Below the pieces are notes generated by a model that ran no database searches, was not told the origin of the DNA, and was given only the letters and a program-made list of their open reading frames with translations. A stretch of 64,000 bases of DNA. Origin: Phoronis australis. Lineage: Eukaryota > Animalia > Phoronida. Numbering within the stretch: position 1 is the first letter of the stretch; the number at the start of each line of letters is the position of its first letter. The position numbers were made by a program, and so were the translations under genes. Positions 13,201 through 26,162 of this stretch are shown piece by piece. Location: positions 175,964 to 239,963 of the forward strand of contig NMRA01000483.1 of NCBI GenBank assembly GCA_002633005.1, given 5' to 3'.

Positions 13201-13426
13201 GAAAGGATTTACCAGTAAGTAATGTATTGATAATCAAACGGTTCAATCGACATTTTTATTATCATTTTGTATCTAGCATCTCCAATTTATTTGGTTTTGA
13301 AAGAGACGCATGGCATACTTCAAATCCATTGTTAGCCAATGAACATACAATATCTAGCCACTGGGTACCAGTGAACCAACGCCATCTGAGCCACTTTATG
13401 ATCACAAAGAAGCACAGTCAACTCAC

Positions 13427-13666
13427 TGGGTTGTGAATAGGAGCATACAACATGGTCAGTAAAACATCCACAGGCCTAAACACACTTGGTGCAACAGACT
13501 CCATCAAGCGATGGATGACGTCCAGCCCCTTCTGGCAGTCAATGTTGATTTGCAGCCGACTCAGGCATGGAAACAGTGAATCCACGACCTGGCGGGAAAG
13601 TCGTTTCCACTTGTCATCACTCTCACGTCGGCTCTGGTGCAGCACAACAATGAAGAGCTCTAGCAC
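13427..13666 (-). CDS. HTT: HTT coding exon 27 of window
   Basis: VLELFIVVLHQSRRESDDKWKRLSRQVVD...VAPSVFRPVDVLL...; 240 nt. Confidence 0.97.
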
Positions 13667-14431
13667 CTAAAAGTGATTTGTAGAAAGCTGCACAAGTCAA
13701 ATCTGCCCAAAAATACTGACGACACATTGTCATCATATACCTCTCTTCCCCACACATCGCTTGAAATGCCCACTGGTACGAGGAAAGTAATTAAAGATGA
13801 CTTTAGTTTCACATAATTCTGGACAAATTGAGCTTGGCCAATGCACTTTATTACAAAATGACAGGAATTTATATGGAACTTACAGTAAGTAACTCCTGGA
13901 ACAATGCTTGTACCAAAAAGCATTTTGTACAGGGTCGCCCATTTTATGAACAAGATAAACATTATTGCAAGACTGGCACCTACTTTACATTTTAGATATA
14001 CATGGTATTTTCCTTAAACAGCTGTCGTGAACAAAATCTGCATGAAAGCATGCAGTGTGTACAAATGCAGTCACTTCCAATGAAATTAGGCGATGTATAG
14101 CAAAAAGTCATTTACAGTGAACTACATACAAGAGGATGAGGACCAACACCTGGAACACAAAATTATTGTTGGGGCATGTGGAATGAACCCAGGTACTAGC
14201 AAAATGAAACAGACAACTTGAAACAATATTCATGTAGCTCTGCAATTTGTAGAATTATTTAATGTCTTGAGCAAAACCCACAACTGGCAAGTTATTCAGT
14301 AACATTAAAACAGAAGGAGTACTAATCACACTTCCCAGTATTTAAACAAAATGAATCTGTGGTTTGTGCTACTCAGGTCACTAGAAAATGAAACCAAATG
14401 CTAGATGCAGCACATCTATAGAGAGCATTAA

Positions 14432-16129
14432 GAATTGATTCCATATAAAGACCATATGAAATGAAAAATCACAAATACTCAAAACTTCATACAGAGCTAA
14501 TATTTTGTGCATGTATTGGGACTTTTATGAAATTTGGTAACCAGCTTTCTATTACAAAAACAGCGTTTTTGGATGATTTGACATATTTTACGCCATCTAA
14601 GGGACATTTTTATTGTTTCCTAGTCTGCCAACCAAACCACTCTAAGCACAATTTCGAAAATTAGCACATAATATGTTCTTAGTGTGAAGAGGATGGTTAA
14701 TGATGATTTTCCAACGACATCGACTACTGTAGCGCCTTCCAGTGGCAGTTTAGTTTTTTGTGCCCATAGCTGTATCTCCTAAACCCACTACAGGATCTTG
14801 ATTAATTTTATTGTAAGCATATTTATGTGAAGTTAACAACGGACGGCAATGACTTTCCAATGAATCTGTGCTCCCTAGTGGCAATTTCATTTTTTTGTTT
14901 TCCTCTTTTACTTCTAAGTTCCTTGACGGATTTTTATTGCATTTGGTAAATAGCTTTCTATTAAAGAAACAATGACATGTTCCCGTTTTGGGATGGATTC
15001 GACGTATTTTGTGTTTTTTTGAAGTGTTGTATGGAAATGCATCATACACTAAACCTCCAAAAAACTGTGGTTTTGAGTCCGCTGCATGAACGGAATTTAC
15101 ATATTGTGAAACTTTTAGCTGGTAAGTTGCAACGACACCCAATTGTTTAAATACTGGTTTGGAAAGCCGGTAACTTGGATATCACTGAAAGCATGTTTTC
15201 AATCGTAAATATCCGTACCTGATATTTTCTGAAATTGCAAATTCCACTGGCAGACTGCCAACATGCTCGGCTGCTTTTGTGTAGTACAAGAAACATTGCG
15301 TGACCCTTTGTATGTCCAATAACACGACGCTTCTGCTCGTATCCACCGTCCTCTTTTCACTTGTGATCTCGAAGATCTTGATTAGTTTTATTATGAACCT
15401 TGCTAATAGTTTGAGAGGACTTTTTCAATCCGCAAAGAAAAAATCTCTCATACAGCTTCCCATGATCTCCTTCGTCACTGATGTAGCAAAACGATCAATG
15501 ACATTTGTTCTATTTGGCATCTTTGTCGATAGATAATTGCACAATTGAGTAGCGCCTCCTAGAGTCTTTTAATCTGACAGTCACAGATTGGCAGAAAAGT
15601 GTGTGAGTTATGTAAAAAACTGACTGCACAAAAAACTATGAAAGAGACAAAGATTTTTTATTCTTGCGTTGAGCTGAACAGCAGTAACAGATGGAAGTTA
15701 AATCATGTTCCAAAAGAATCCGATATAGATTGGGGAAAGCGATAAAATTGCGTAAAAATGGCCTTAATAATAAGCAGTGAAAATGACATTTTTGTATGCT
15801 AAAATGGGAGGACATAAAAATCAATAAATCCATCCGAACTAATTTTCCTTGTATGTTGTTCTTGCTTCTTTCTGCTATATAGTTATTTTTTCAATAGCGT
15901 GAAGCAATGATGTGTTGTTGCTGACAAGAAGTCACCTACTTCCCAGTACTTTTATTTGCTATTTTTCAGAAAAAGGTAGTGGTCGTAAAAAGGGTTAAAA
16001 AACTCAGAAACTCTTAAAAAATCAGACTCAGTTTTCTTTTGACAAGGCCAGCTGATGTGCTAAAAGTTTCAAAAAAATTGGTGATTTTGCATAGAAAGCC
16101 CACCATCTGGTTTTTATATGGAATTGCTC
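14432..16129. mobile_element. TIR element (Harbinger-like MITE?) containing a reversed family A fragment
   Basis: gaattgattccatataaagacca versus tggtttttatatggaattgctc, both flanked by TTAA. Confidence 0.45.
14500..15020 (+). mobile_element. Family A Helentron-like fragment in reverse orientation
   Basis: Reverse-complement units, e.g. tgtgctccctagtggcaatttcattt and ttcccgttttgggatggattcgacg. Confidence 0.7.
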
Positions 16130-16183
16130 TTAATACGCTCAGGTATTCTTGTGTAAAATCCAAGTAGTTACAGGCACACCAAC

Positions 16184-16320
16184 CTGATAGTAATGAATGA
16201 GTCTGAAGAGCATAGAGATGACAACCTCCCGCTGAGTGTCAAGGTCTTTATTCACATCTGCTTTGTTTGAGCCTCGGAGGACAAACAAGTCGTAAACTAT
16301 GGGCTGAAGACATGGAATAG
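16184..16320 (-). CDS. HTT: HTT coding exon 26 of window
   Basis: [45 protein letters not shown]; 137 nt. Confidence 0.97.
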
Positions 16321-16470
16321 CTGAAATCAGATGAAATAGGATTTCAGGTTTTTGCTTATTACAAGGAATATCTTAGTACTGACAGTCAGACAGACATAGC
16401 TACTATGTGTTGTATAAATTTTTCCAACGTCACATCAACCAGCTTATCACAGTTACCGTGCCATATGCAA

Positions 16471-17798
16471 AAGAAGAGCAAAGCGCCCATGAGAGTACCT
16501 CAAGCGCCTGTGTCATTAGTATCATAAAATGGCCACCAGATGGCACAAAATGCATCAAACCCTTCCAAATTAAGAAGGTGGTGCCATCTTTGTAATACAC
16601 AACTATTTGTCAAATTTCATGAAAAAAGCCAAAGAATTCCTACGATATAAAGGCAGTCACAAAAAATTGACAATAGGGGGCACAGTTATAATTTGATTCA
16701 TTTGAAACTCATCGTCATCTGTTGTCACCTTTATAGGAGCCCATTTGCCAAATTTCACAAAGACCCTTCAAAAAGTTAAGGAGATACAGCAGTACACGCA
16801 AAAAAGCAAAATTGCCCCTAGGGGGCACCAGAACAGATGAAACCATCCAAAAATAAACGTCATTCAGGGTCTTCATATTAGGAAAACAACCGTCAATTTT
16901 CATTTTCCTTTGAGTGGTTTGGCAGATAGAGAGGCAAATGTCAAAAAACTGCGCAAAAATTTTTAAATGACCACCAGGAGGTGCATTAAACATCAAAACC
17001 GTCAAAAAATGGGAAGGCGATGTAGTCTCCTTAACAGAAATTTTTTTGCCGAATTTCATGAAAATACACTCCAGACAAAAAGGCAAATGCAAAAAAACAT
17101 TTTGCCACAAGGGGGCACACTGGTATTTGGATCAATTCGACATTTGTTACCATTTGTTGTTGGCTCAATAGGAACACATCTGTAAAATTTCAAAGCTCCT
17201 TCAAATGATTAAGGAAATTCGGCTGCAGACGCAAAAAACATAATCGCCACTAGGGGGCAACACAGTAGTCCGACCCATCCGAAAGTCAACCTCAGTTGTG
17301 ATCTGCTGATTAAGAACACATTCTGTAAATTTTCATAATGATAAAATCACCACTGGGGGGAGCAACACAATAGTCGAAGCCGTCCGAAAGTCAATGCCAG
17401 TCATGGCCTTCTCATCAGAAACACATCCTGTAAATTTTCATGGATCCTTTGAAGGGTATGGCAGATAGAGAGGCTGATGCCACAAAACAAATAATAATAT
17501 AAACAACCACAAGGTGGCGTAAAATCCGTCGAATCTGTTAAAAAATGGAATGGCATAATTGCCTCCTTATCAAAAACCTATTTGCCGAATTTCATGGAAA
17601 TCCATCAAGGAACCCTCAAGATACAGACTGAGGTGAACATAAAAAAGTCACTAGGATGCGCAGCGGTCGTCATCTGTCATAAGCCACACACCTGGCAAAT
17701 TTCAATAAGATCCTGCAAGGTATTTAGGAGTACAGTGGATGCCGGACACCCAGAGATGATGACAATACACACACACACACATAAATATGTGGGCGCAT
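16471..17798 (-). mobile_element. Family A Helentron-like element, diverged
   Basis: Repeated gccactagggggc-type units and aaatttcatgaaaa blocks; end ataaatatgtgggcgcat. Confidence 0.75.
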
Positions 17799-17826
17799 GA
17801 CCTTGTGAAAGTTGAGCAAAATGTAT

Positions 17827-18868
17827 AGATCTAATTCACCGGTCGGACACTAAAATTCAAAGCAAGGCTCACTGCGATAAACAAAGCGGAAGTTGACAAT
17901 GCGTGAGTTAAATAGCCGGTCTTTCGAGTCCAACCTGGATATTAAATTTTAATAATGTGTCGACAATTAACAATAGAGACGTAGAAAAATACAATAGAGA
18001 ACAAGTTAAGGCACCAAAGAGTTGTGTGACAATAGGGTTGAATTTTTTTGGAAAACGTTGTTCGAAACATGAAAAGTAAATATGACCAAATTGCGGCGAT
18101 CGTAGTGTTACGGATTAGGCATTATGCTGAATGCAGGGTTATATTTCTTCTAACTTGTAATTTGTTGATCAAAATACTTTCTACACGAACCAGGCCATCT
18201 GCTCGTATTGTTGACAAGTTGAAGACATATTCGACAGTGGTGGCTGTCATGTGCAATTAGTCACATCTGGTTTAATCTGTTGATCAAGAATAATTAACAT
18301 CAAGCATAGCCTGATCCTGGCTATGTCTCAATTTAAAGTAGCCTTTTGTTCTCTTTCAAATTGTCACCTGTGTGGTTACAGGTGATGTGAACTAGGGGAA
18401 TTTTTATGCCTAGTGGGGGGAATTTTGCGTGATTTTTCAATATTTTTGAGAGGGGAATTGGGCCGATATTGGGCCCCAAAATTGAGGGATTGAGGGCCCT
18501 GTCCTTTTTGGAAAGAAAAACTATAATGTTTCAACCTGTAGTCATGAAAACACAGCCTGGCTGACCCATTCTCCAGTCGTTACTATGATGCTTGGCAAAC
18601 TAGATGCGACAAAATATGATCTAACTTTTCGAAAACATTGTAAATTTTACACGGACATATTTTGCATCATCGCGATGTATGGCAACGACCCAACGCTTCC
18701 GAATCTCAACGTCCTTAGGGATTGTAAAGCAGACAGTTGAGTGCCTGTATTTTTTCTAGCCGTTCACGGAGCAACGCGGACTGGAATACAACTATGCCGA
18801 TAAGCTAACAGAGCTATCATAGTGAGCCTCATTTTGGAACGCGCCTCCTGTCGGCGTGAATTAGGTCT
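17827..18868. mobile_element. ISL2EU-like non-autonomous DNA transposon, copy 1 (shorter)
   Basis: TIR agatctaattcac / gtgaattaggtct with AT on both flanks; body is the reverse complement of 34207-35984. Confidence 0.7.
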
Positions 18869-18916
18869 ATAGTTGATAATTCACTAAAAATGAATTATTA
18901 AACAAACTGAAGTTAC

Positions 18917-19065
18917 CATGTGTGACAGGGTTGAGTCCACTAGCCATAATACCATCGCATAGCTGTATGATCTTTGGCATACCAATGATGGCCTTGGAAT
19001 GGTATCTCTCGTACGATAGCAACACAAGGAAGTGAAACATACAGGGAACTAGAATTTCAGAGTTC
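18917..19065 (-). CDS. HTT: HTT coding exon 25 of window
   Basis: [49 protein letters not shown]; 149 nt. Confidence 0.98.
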
Positions 19066-20652
19066 CTGAAAAACATCATTTCAGTCAATCTATAAAGAGG
19101 CAAGATTTAAACAAAAAATGCGATATCAGAACTACTATCTAGTTACTACATTCTACAAATGGGACGCACGACAGCCAATGGCTACTAAAGCTCTGGTAGC
19201 ATGTTCCAAAACCAGATAAAGTCAAACTCTAAATCAATCTGTTCCACTTTAGACAATGCAGCAATAACATTCCGTCTCATCAGGGCCTGGGATCTAATGG
19301 AAATCAAATTCAAAATTATTCTTTTTGACACTTTCCATTCCAGTTTTATGCAAACTGAAGATAGCAGTCTGCCATTCTCTGCTCAGGAACATTACGATTA
19401 CGAAAACAGATCTGCCACTACATGTGAGTGCTCATTGGACAAAACGGTACATCCAAACACTTGCTGATGCCCCTGAATTACATGCATCCGAGTAGAATTA
19501 TCAGCTAGCTGGCCTAATGCCTGATGGACTGAAAGCTAAAAGCTGTGTGTAGATTTCTGTACAATTCAGAAACAATTTCTAGCAGTGTTTTGGGGAACAG
19601 TGCATAAATCACAGTTACTGTATTTGAAAGTTTCAAGAATCTGATCAGCTAATTCTGAAATCTGATGTTCTATAGTAAGTCAAATTTGGACTTTTTCTGC
19701 AGTCCTACATATTAACGTATGAGGTAATTAGTAATCTTTTTACAGCAGCTATGACTGATAGTCTCTCCAATTACCAGCAGTCAGAGGTTGCGTCAGGTTT
19801 TGGTCAATGCTTGGAACAATTTTTCTATAAACAGACACCTGATGCAAGATCTGAAGTCTATCAAGTGACGTAGTAAGTCTATTGATAAAAAACTATCTAT
19901 CAATGTAAGACACATAATGATTATCAATAGAGTTACAATCTATTTCGTTAGAGCTGTTCCAATAAAAAATGTATGGGAGGGGGGAAGGCACTTTCATTGT
20001 TTACCCACCACCTATATTCTTCTTTTATTTCTCCAACCCACCACCCATAATTTTTACTTAGGTTGAAATATAAAATGCAACCGCCCATTATCTTTTTAAA
20101 TTATGCTTGAATTGTACACGTTAGGTTTTATTCTCTTTAGATATTTCCGGTCTTCAGTGTTTCTTTAACCAACAGCGGTCCAGCAGACACAACCCAAGAG
20201 AGTGGTCAAATTGAAACGAAAATAGACTGCTGTCAGTATATCCATCCCCACCAATATATCCTTGTTCCCAATGTCATCCATTTGAGCTTAGCGGTTTTTG
20301 AGAGAATCGAGCTGTCTTTTTCAAAAATTAAAATGGCCAACACGGGGTGCTACAGTAACCAAATCTGTCCGAAAGTCGACAGGTGCTGGCGCATCCCCAC
20401 CATCTATCCCTGTGCCAAATGTCAACATGATCCGTTAAGTAGCTTCAAAATAAACAATGTACAAGGAATGACAGTTGAAAACTAATGGGTTGCTATGACA
20501 GTAGTGGAATCAACCGACTGGTGCCAGTGTATTCATGCCATAAATATTTGTATGGAATTTCATTGTGATCCGTGAAGCAGTTTTGGAGATAATTGACCTA
20601 CAAGGAATGGCTTTTCAAAAACTATGGGGTACCACGGTAACCAAATCCATCC

Positions 20653-21396
20653 AACAAGAGCAACGCGGAGCGTTGAAATGCGCCCACAATTGCACCGCAT
20701 ACGGTATCCTTCTAGGGTTGTTTATTGGTACCATAAAGTGGCCAGTAGAGGGCATACTTTGCAAAATGGAAAGGCATGGTCATTGTCTCCTCAATAGGCT
20801 AGGGGCAAAATGTGAGTAATCTTCATAATACAAGCACATCCTATACACCAGTTGCTTAAAGCACCACAGAAACATAGAATTAAAAACAAATTTACCAACA
20901 TACGAGATTAGCACAGCATTAGAATGCCAGAAACAAATTTCTACTNNNNNNNNNNNNNNNNNNNNNNNNNNNNNNNNNNNNNNNNNNNNNNNNNNNNNNN
21001 NNNNNNNNNNNNNNNNNNNNNNNNNNNNNNTAAAAATGGCCACTAGGTGGCGCAAACTATGTCGAATCCATCCGAAAACGGCAGGATAGCGTCATCTCAC
21101 TACTAGGTGCCTACATACCAAATTTCATGAAAATCCGTTCAGGACTTTTGAAGATACAAAGGTAAGCGTAAAAAACTAAAATTGCCACTAGGGGGCACAC
21201 CGGTAGTCGGATCCGTCCGAAAGTTCGCACATGCCGTCCCATTCATAAATGGAACATATGTGCCAAATTTCATGAACGTATGTCAAAGGGTTTTGGAGAT
21301 AGAGCAGCGGACGCCGGACGGACGCCGCCCGGACGGACGGACGGACAGAGATGACGGCATAATGCGTCCACATATAAATATGTGGGCACATAAAAA
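20653..21396 (-). mobile_element. Family A Helentron-like element spanning the assembly gap, nested in a family B element
   Basis: Perfect termini aacaagagcaacgcggagcgttgaaatgcgcccac and atgcgtccacatataaatatgtgggcacataaaaa; its last ~350 bp closely match 60540-60923. Confidence 0.85.
20946..21030. other. Assembly gap (85 N)
   Basis: N run inside a family A element, so its true unit number is unknown. Confidence 0.99.
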
Positions 21397-22630
21397 TCAA
21401 CTGGTCCTGGCGCATCCACACTGATTACCTCTATACAAAATCTCATCATGATCTGCCAAGCAGTTCTTGACATATTTGCCTTAAAAAATGATGACATACG
21501 GACTGATCGACGGCCAGACGAAGGGACGGACGGGATGCCAACTATATCGACCACAAAAGTTTTTGTGGGTGCACAAAAATTCCAAGTGAAATCATAACTC
21601 ATGTCAGTTACTAAAAACTTGCTTTTCAAAGACACCTGTGAGCAAAACTTTAGGCAGTCACCAGGTGTCTCTGTTCACCATGTGTCTCTCTAATTTCAGT
21701 AAGATTTCAAGAATCTATTAATCTTGAAATGTTTCATGCTTTTAAGCTGCTATGCCAAGTGAATATTGGAACTTGTCTATCTGACACCTCATACTTTTTA
21801 TTTGAAAATTCATCAATTTTCTTAGATGTGTTAACACCAATTTAGTGTTGCAGTAGTTTTCATTTGTGTAACATGTGCCTGTCATCAAGCTGCCCATGAC
21901 TTGAGTAATGGCAAAGTGTACAATTATATTACACTAGCAACATAGGCTTGTTTTGTTGTTTAGGGGCATTTTTGGGTATCTGCCAAGCGAATTCTTGGAA
22001 AGTTTTGAATTTTTTCAGGCGATATTGAGGTCAGTGTTTGGCTGAAAATGCCCACCTGTCAACATTTGGAAGACAAAAAATACCACCCACTTTTAATGCA
22101 GATATACTTCTTTCCGGAAGAACCACTCGTAACTTGAATTTTCTTCACAAGACAACCACCCATAAATGTTTATATCAACTGCCGACCCGCCCCTTCCATA
22201 GGGATTTTGCTGGAACAGCCCTTAGTTGTCTCTAATTAGTTAGAATTAATATCACTAAAGCCACTATCTCTATCAACAGAGTTACACAAAAATATAACGA
22301 GATGGATAAGACTTCTCTCCTGAGGTGTGCATGGGTGAATGATTGGATGTACTTGATGTTTGTTTGTTTTTTGTACTTGTTTATAGACGATAATAAATAC
22401 CTGAAAAAAGAGAAAGACTAGTAAAAATGTCCTGATTTAACCTTTTACACCAAGCATATGTAGGGGACATTAACCATATTTTCAAAGGATATGGCTTAGT
22501 TTGAAGTTACCCTGAACTAAAAATTGGACAAATTTACCATACAAATTTCGAATTAAGCATTGAAATGCTAAATGTGCCAACATAAAGTACCACGACTATT
22601 AGCAGAGTGTGTTGGGTGGATCACGCCTAC

Positions 22631-22848
22631 CGTATTTGTCCTTCCTCGATATATTCAAACTGCTTGATGACAAAACCAATGAATATCTGGTCAGAGTCCA
22701 ACAAGCAGTAGTTGACTCGGAGCTGGACGAGCTGGGAGAGCAGCTGCAGCACTTGCTTCTGAAGGTCCAGGGAGCTGCTTACTGTGTATTGCTTCAGGGC
22801 TTTGATAACCAGTGGCTCAAATAGGCGAATGTAGTTAGCAATGGAGTT
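22631..22848 (-). CDS. HTT: HTT coding exon 24 of window
   Basis: [73 protein letters not shown]; 218 nt. Confidence 0.98.
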
Positions 22849-23968
22849 CTGTTGGGCAAAATTACATTTTCATGAAATTCGTTCAAAGTCAAGGTGTATT
22901 TGGGAGAAACGGGGTAAATTAGTGGACACTAATGCATGGGGTTAAGCGCATAGCCAATTCCTGACATACAGCACACTCAGCCATTTGAATCTCGTGATAT
23001 TTATCAATAATGGTGAACGTCTAACAGGAACTAATCAATCCTTAGCTAAGCAGCATTCTATCCCATTAAGCCGTCCCTTTTAACAATTTTGAGTTCCTAA
23101 CTGAAGAGCAAAAACTAACAGCAATGATTATTGTGTCATGTAATTGACCTATATTTGTATGGAATTCCCTACATCAATCTGAATTTTAGGGTTGGCCAAC
23201 TCCAAAACTGATCTTTCAACGAGTTCTTTGACCTGATGAGTGTTTGTATGATCTTGGTAACAAGAAACAAGTGTTACCATGGCAAAGAAATTTTTAGACT
23301 CTGGTTTTATCAATTACAAGGACTAAATAGTAAGATATGTCCAAGCATGATCATTTGACATGCTCTCATCACTAGCTAAAAAGTACATTCTTTTAAATTT
23401 CACAATCTTTCAAATGGTTAGGGAGGTAGAGAATCAGTCATAAAAATAGGCACTAATACTAAAACTGACACTAGGTGGCGTACCACATGTTAGAACAATT
23501 CCACAATGAGAGGGTGTCCTCTTCTCCTTGATATAAACACGATTTGCCTATTAATTTCTTGAAGATCCAAAAATGATCTTGGCAATAATTGAGGCAATTG
23601 GAAAAACTAATAACTGGCAATAACATCATTTTATTAACTGGATTTGTCTGAAAATCATTATCATCCATCGTCGCTGTCACAAGAATGCAACTACTGGATT
23701 TCCTGAAGTTTCTGAATAAGGTTTAGGAGATACAGCAATAGATGCTGAATGGATGTCCTGCTGCCAGAAGATATGCATATCACAGCAACATGGGGCTTTA
23801 AGAGAAATAAGCTCGAACAGACCAAGTTTTGATGATTGAAAGTAAACACACAGTATGGGAAAATTTGTAAAAAAATTGGAAGCCCAATTACTCTTCAAAA
23901 AGTGGCTGGTAGGCAAATTAATCAGATCCTCTTTCTAAGCAGAGAAAGAATATGCTACAATCTCGTAC

Positions 23969-24044
23969 CTTATCAGTTTTACTGCCAGGCTTGAGCACTG
24001 CTGGAATTTTCTTCTCTGCTCGTCTTCGCAACCATCCAAGCAAA
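23969..24044 (-). CDS. HTT: HTT coding exon 23 of window
   Basis: LLGWLRRRAEKKIPAVLKPGSKTDK; AAG acceptor, AAG|GTACGA donor; phase 2-0 required and met. Confidence 0.85.
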
Positions 24045-24287
24045 CTTGCAAAGTATATGAGAGTATTAAACAAAATAATTAACTATTAGCAACTACTAGA
24101 CAAAATATTCCCTTGCACGTCTCTAAAAAGAGCAACGGAACATGAAAATTAAAAATCATGTCAGCATTGTTCTAAGAACATAGAAATATACTTGAATGTG
24201 ATAACACTGAATAGAGAATGGAAACATCATATTAACACCAATTTTCTTATACACCACTGACAGCACAAGCTGAACAAAACAAATTAC

Positions 24288-24499
24288 CTTATGTTATCAT
24301 CCTGTTCATTCTGACTAAGGTCCCTGAGAGCGGCCGAGCTGTGCACAGACTGGGTGAAGTAGGCATAAGGAGAACTAAAGCAGGTTTGGTACAGACCAGG
24401 CCTGATACCCACGCCAAGTCGAGGGGTGCGACTGAGTGGACGTCCTGAGGACCCCTCATACTGGCAAGCCAAGTTGGTGCCAAACAGTGCCTTGAGCAG
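24288..24499 (-). CDS. HTT: HTT coding exon 22 of window
   Basis: LLKALFGTNLACQYEG...RPGLYQTCFSSPYAYFTQSV...; 212 nt. Confidence 0.95.
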
Positions 24500-25759
24500 C
24501 TACAAGATAAAAGCAAAGTTTGCTAATCACTTTTAATGAAAAAAAAACAGACAACTTATAATGTTGAAAAAACAGTTCCGTCAAGAAAATACTTCCGTCA
24601 AATCCTTTCCCAACTTGGTACGGTAATCGGCATAACTTTATAGTGGTTGCTTATCCTATGATAAGCATCATGTTATCATACATTTACTCTCATCAGTGCA
24701 TCATTCTACCTTTTATGCAAGGCGGACATTTGTTGTAGCAATGTAAGAAATTCTGAAGTGCCAGATGTGAAAGGCCTCAAAGACTGACTAGCCTGTAGGA
24801 AGCAACAGAAAATTTGAAGATCTTAACAAAGTCACTCAACATTTTGCAGGGTATGTTCAATACAATATCTTAACTAAACTGTGTACTGTATGTCATGAGA
24901 ACATATTTTTGCAAAGAATTTTATATCATTGGCACATCTTTCTCACTACACCAAATTCAGATGCTTCAGTTGAGATTGAATTGATGATCATGTCCAAGTG
25001 AGTAGTAGTAAGGACACTTGTACAATTTTTTAATGAAGTGCGTTATGCGACCTTCATGTCTTAGAAGACAAATCCCAATCCCAACAGACTGAAGCTGTCA
25101 TGAACAAAGTGATAAGAAGATAAGAACGTAGTAATGATTTAAAATGACAAATATGAAAGTATTTTATACAGAAATTTTTTACTTTGGTTTTACAATCACA
25201 GCAAAAATTACCATCATCCCTAACAAGGTGGTACTTTGCATTATTTCACCAGCGCATCTATATGAGCACAATACAAATTAATGCAAATGGATTTGAAAAC
25301 AACAGACTGCTATTAAGGAAATATTCATCGCCAATATGAGACTGTGCATGGCTTGCAAGAAAAACAAAAATGGAACAAGTTCTTTCTTTAAAATAGGTCA
25401 AACTTTATACTTTTAGACGCTTGCTCATGTTGATTGTAAAATCCAGACAGGAAACGAAACAAAATTGAGCGGCGACTGGATCAAACAATTTATTATGGCT
25501 GAGAAAATAACCCAGGCTAAACTTTTCACAATAATTTATTTTTTGTATTTTTTATGCAATCACATATTAATAACTAAATTAGTCCACTCGCTAATCCAGT
25601 CTTTCTGAGCATCCTAAATTTAGTGCCTCAGTACATGTAGTCCAAATCTAATTCACGTTTTGCATAAAGTTTGAAACTCTTGTGGCCTGGAAAGAATGTC
25701 AGACAAGTGCACTGTCTTATATCTGTTGCGGAAAAGGCTCAACATGTTAAGTGTCCTAC

Positions 25760-25945
25760 CTGTTGAACACACATTATTGCATGCGTGGGCTGGATAACAA
25801 CTGATGTCTTGAGATATGACAGAAATTCCTCTGTGTATTTCCCAATGTCAGGAAGGCAAGCCACCTCAAGAACAATACCCAGAGTTTGAAGAGTGGCACT
25901 GAGCAGACAACCAAACTTGTCAACCACATTCAAGTCAAGAGAAAT
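25760..25945 (-). CDS. HTT: HTT coding exon 21 of window
   Basis: ISLDLNVVDKFGCLLSATLQTLGIVLEVACLPDIGKYTEEFLSYLK...CVQQ; 186 nt. Confidence 0.95.
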
Positions 25946-26162
25946 CTAAAACAACAAACCATTTATGATAAGATATAGTTATCAACATTTTAAAAATTGA
26001 AAATAGCTCATGAGTGGACCTTAAAAATGTCCTTATTTTGCTAACTGGCAGAGGAACATCACAGCTCAGAAAAAGATTCCACTGAAACTTTCAAACAGTA
26101 TCACTCATGCACAATTCTCCAAAAAAGCTATTAGGAAATCCTAATTATTGCAACTAGTATTT

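Larger units (their letters stand above)
20167..21579 (-). mobile_element. Second Helentron-like family (B) with ~140-bp units, split by family A insertion
   Basis: Units ...ggtgctggcgcatccccac...catgatcc...; GGAC-rich microsatellite then palindrome ccacaaaagtttttgtgg at 21551-21568. Confidence 0.65.
19951..22221. mobile_element. PIF/Harbinger-like MITE (outer shell of a nested cluster)
   Basis: TIR gagctgttcca / tggaacagccc flanked by TTA on both sides (19948-19950, 22222-22224). Confidence 0.65.

Noticed and set aside
22609-22824. Plus-strand ORFs overlapping exons (also 50044-50337, 13452-13670, 2278-2460, 56608-56868)
   Set aside because: Antisense shadows of HTT exons.
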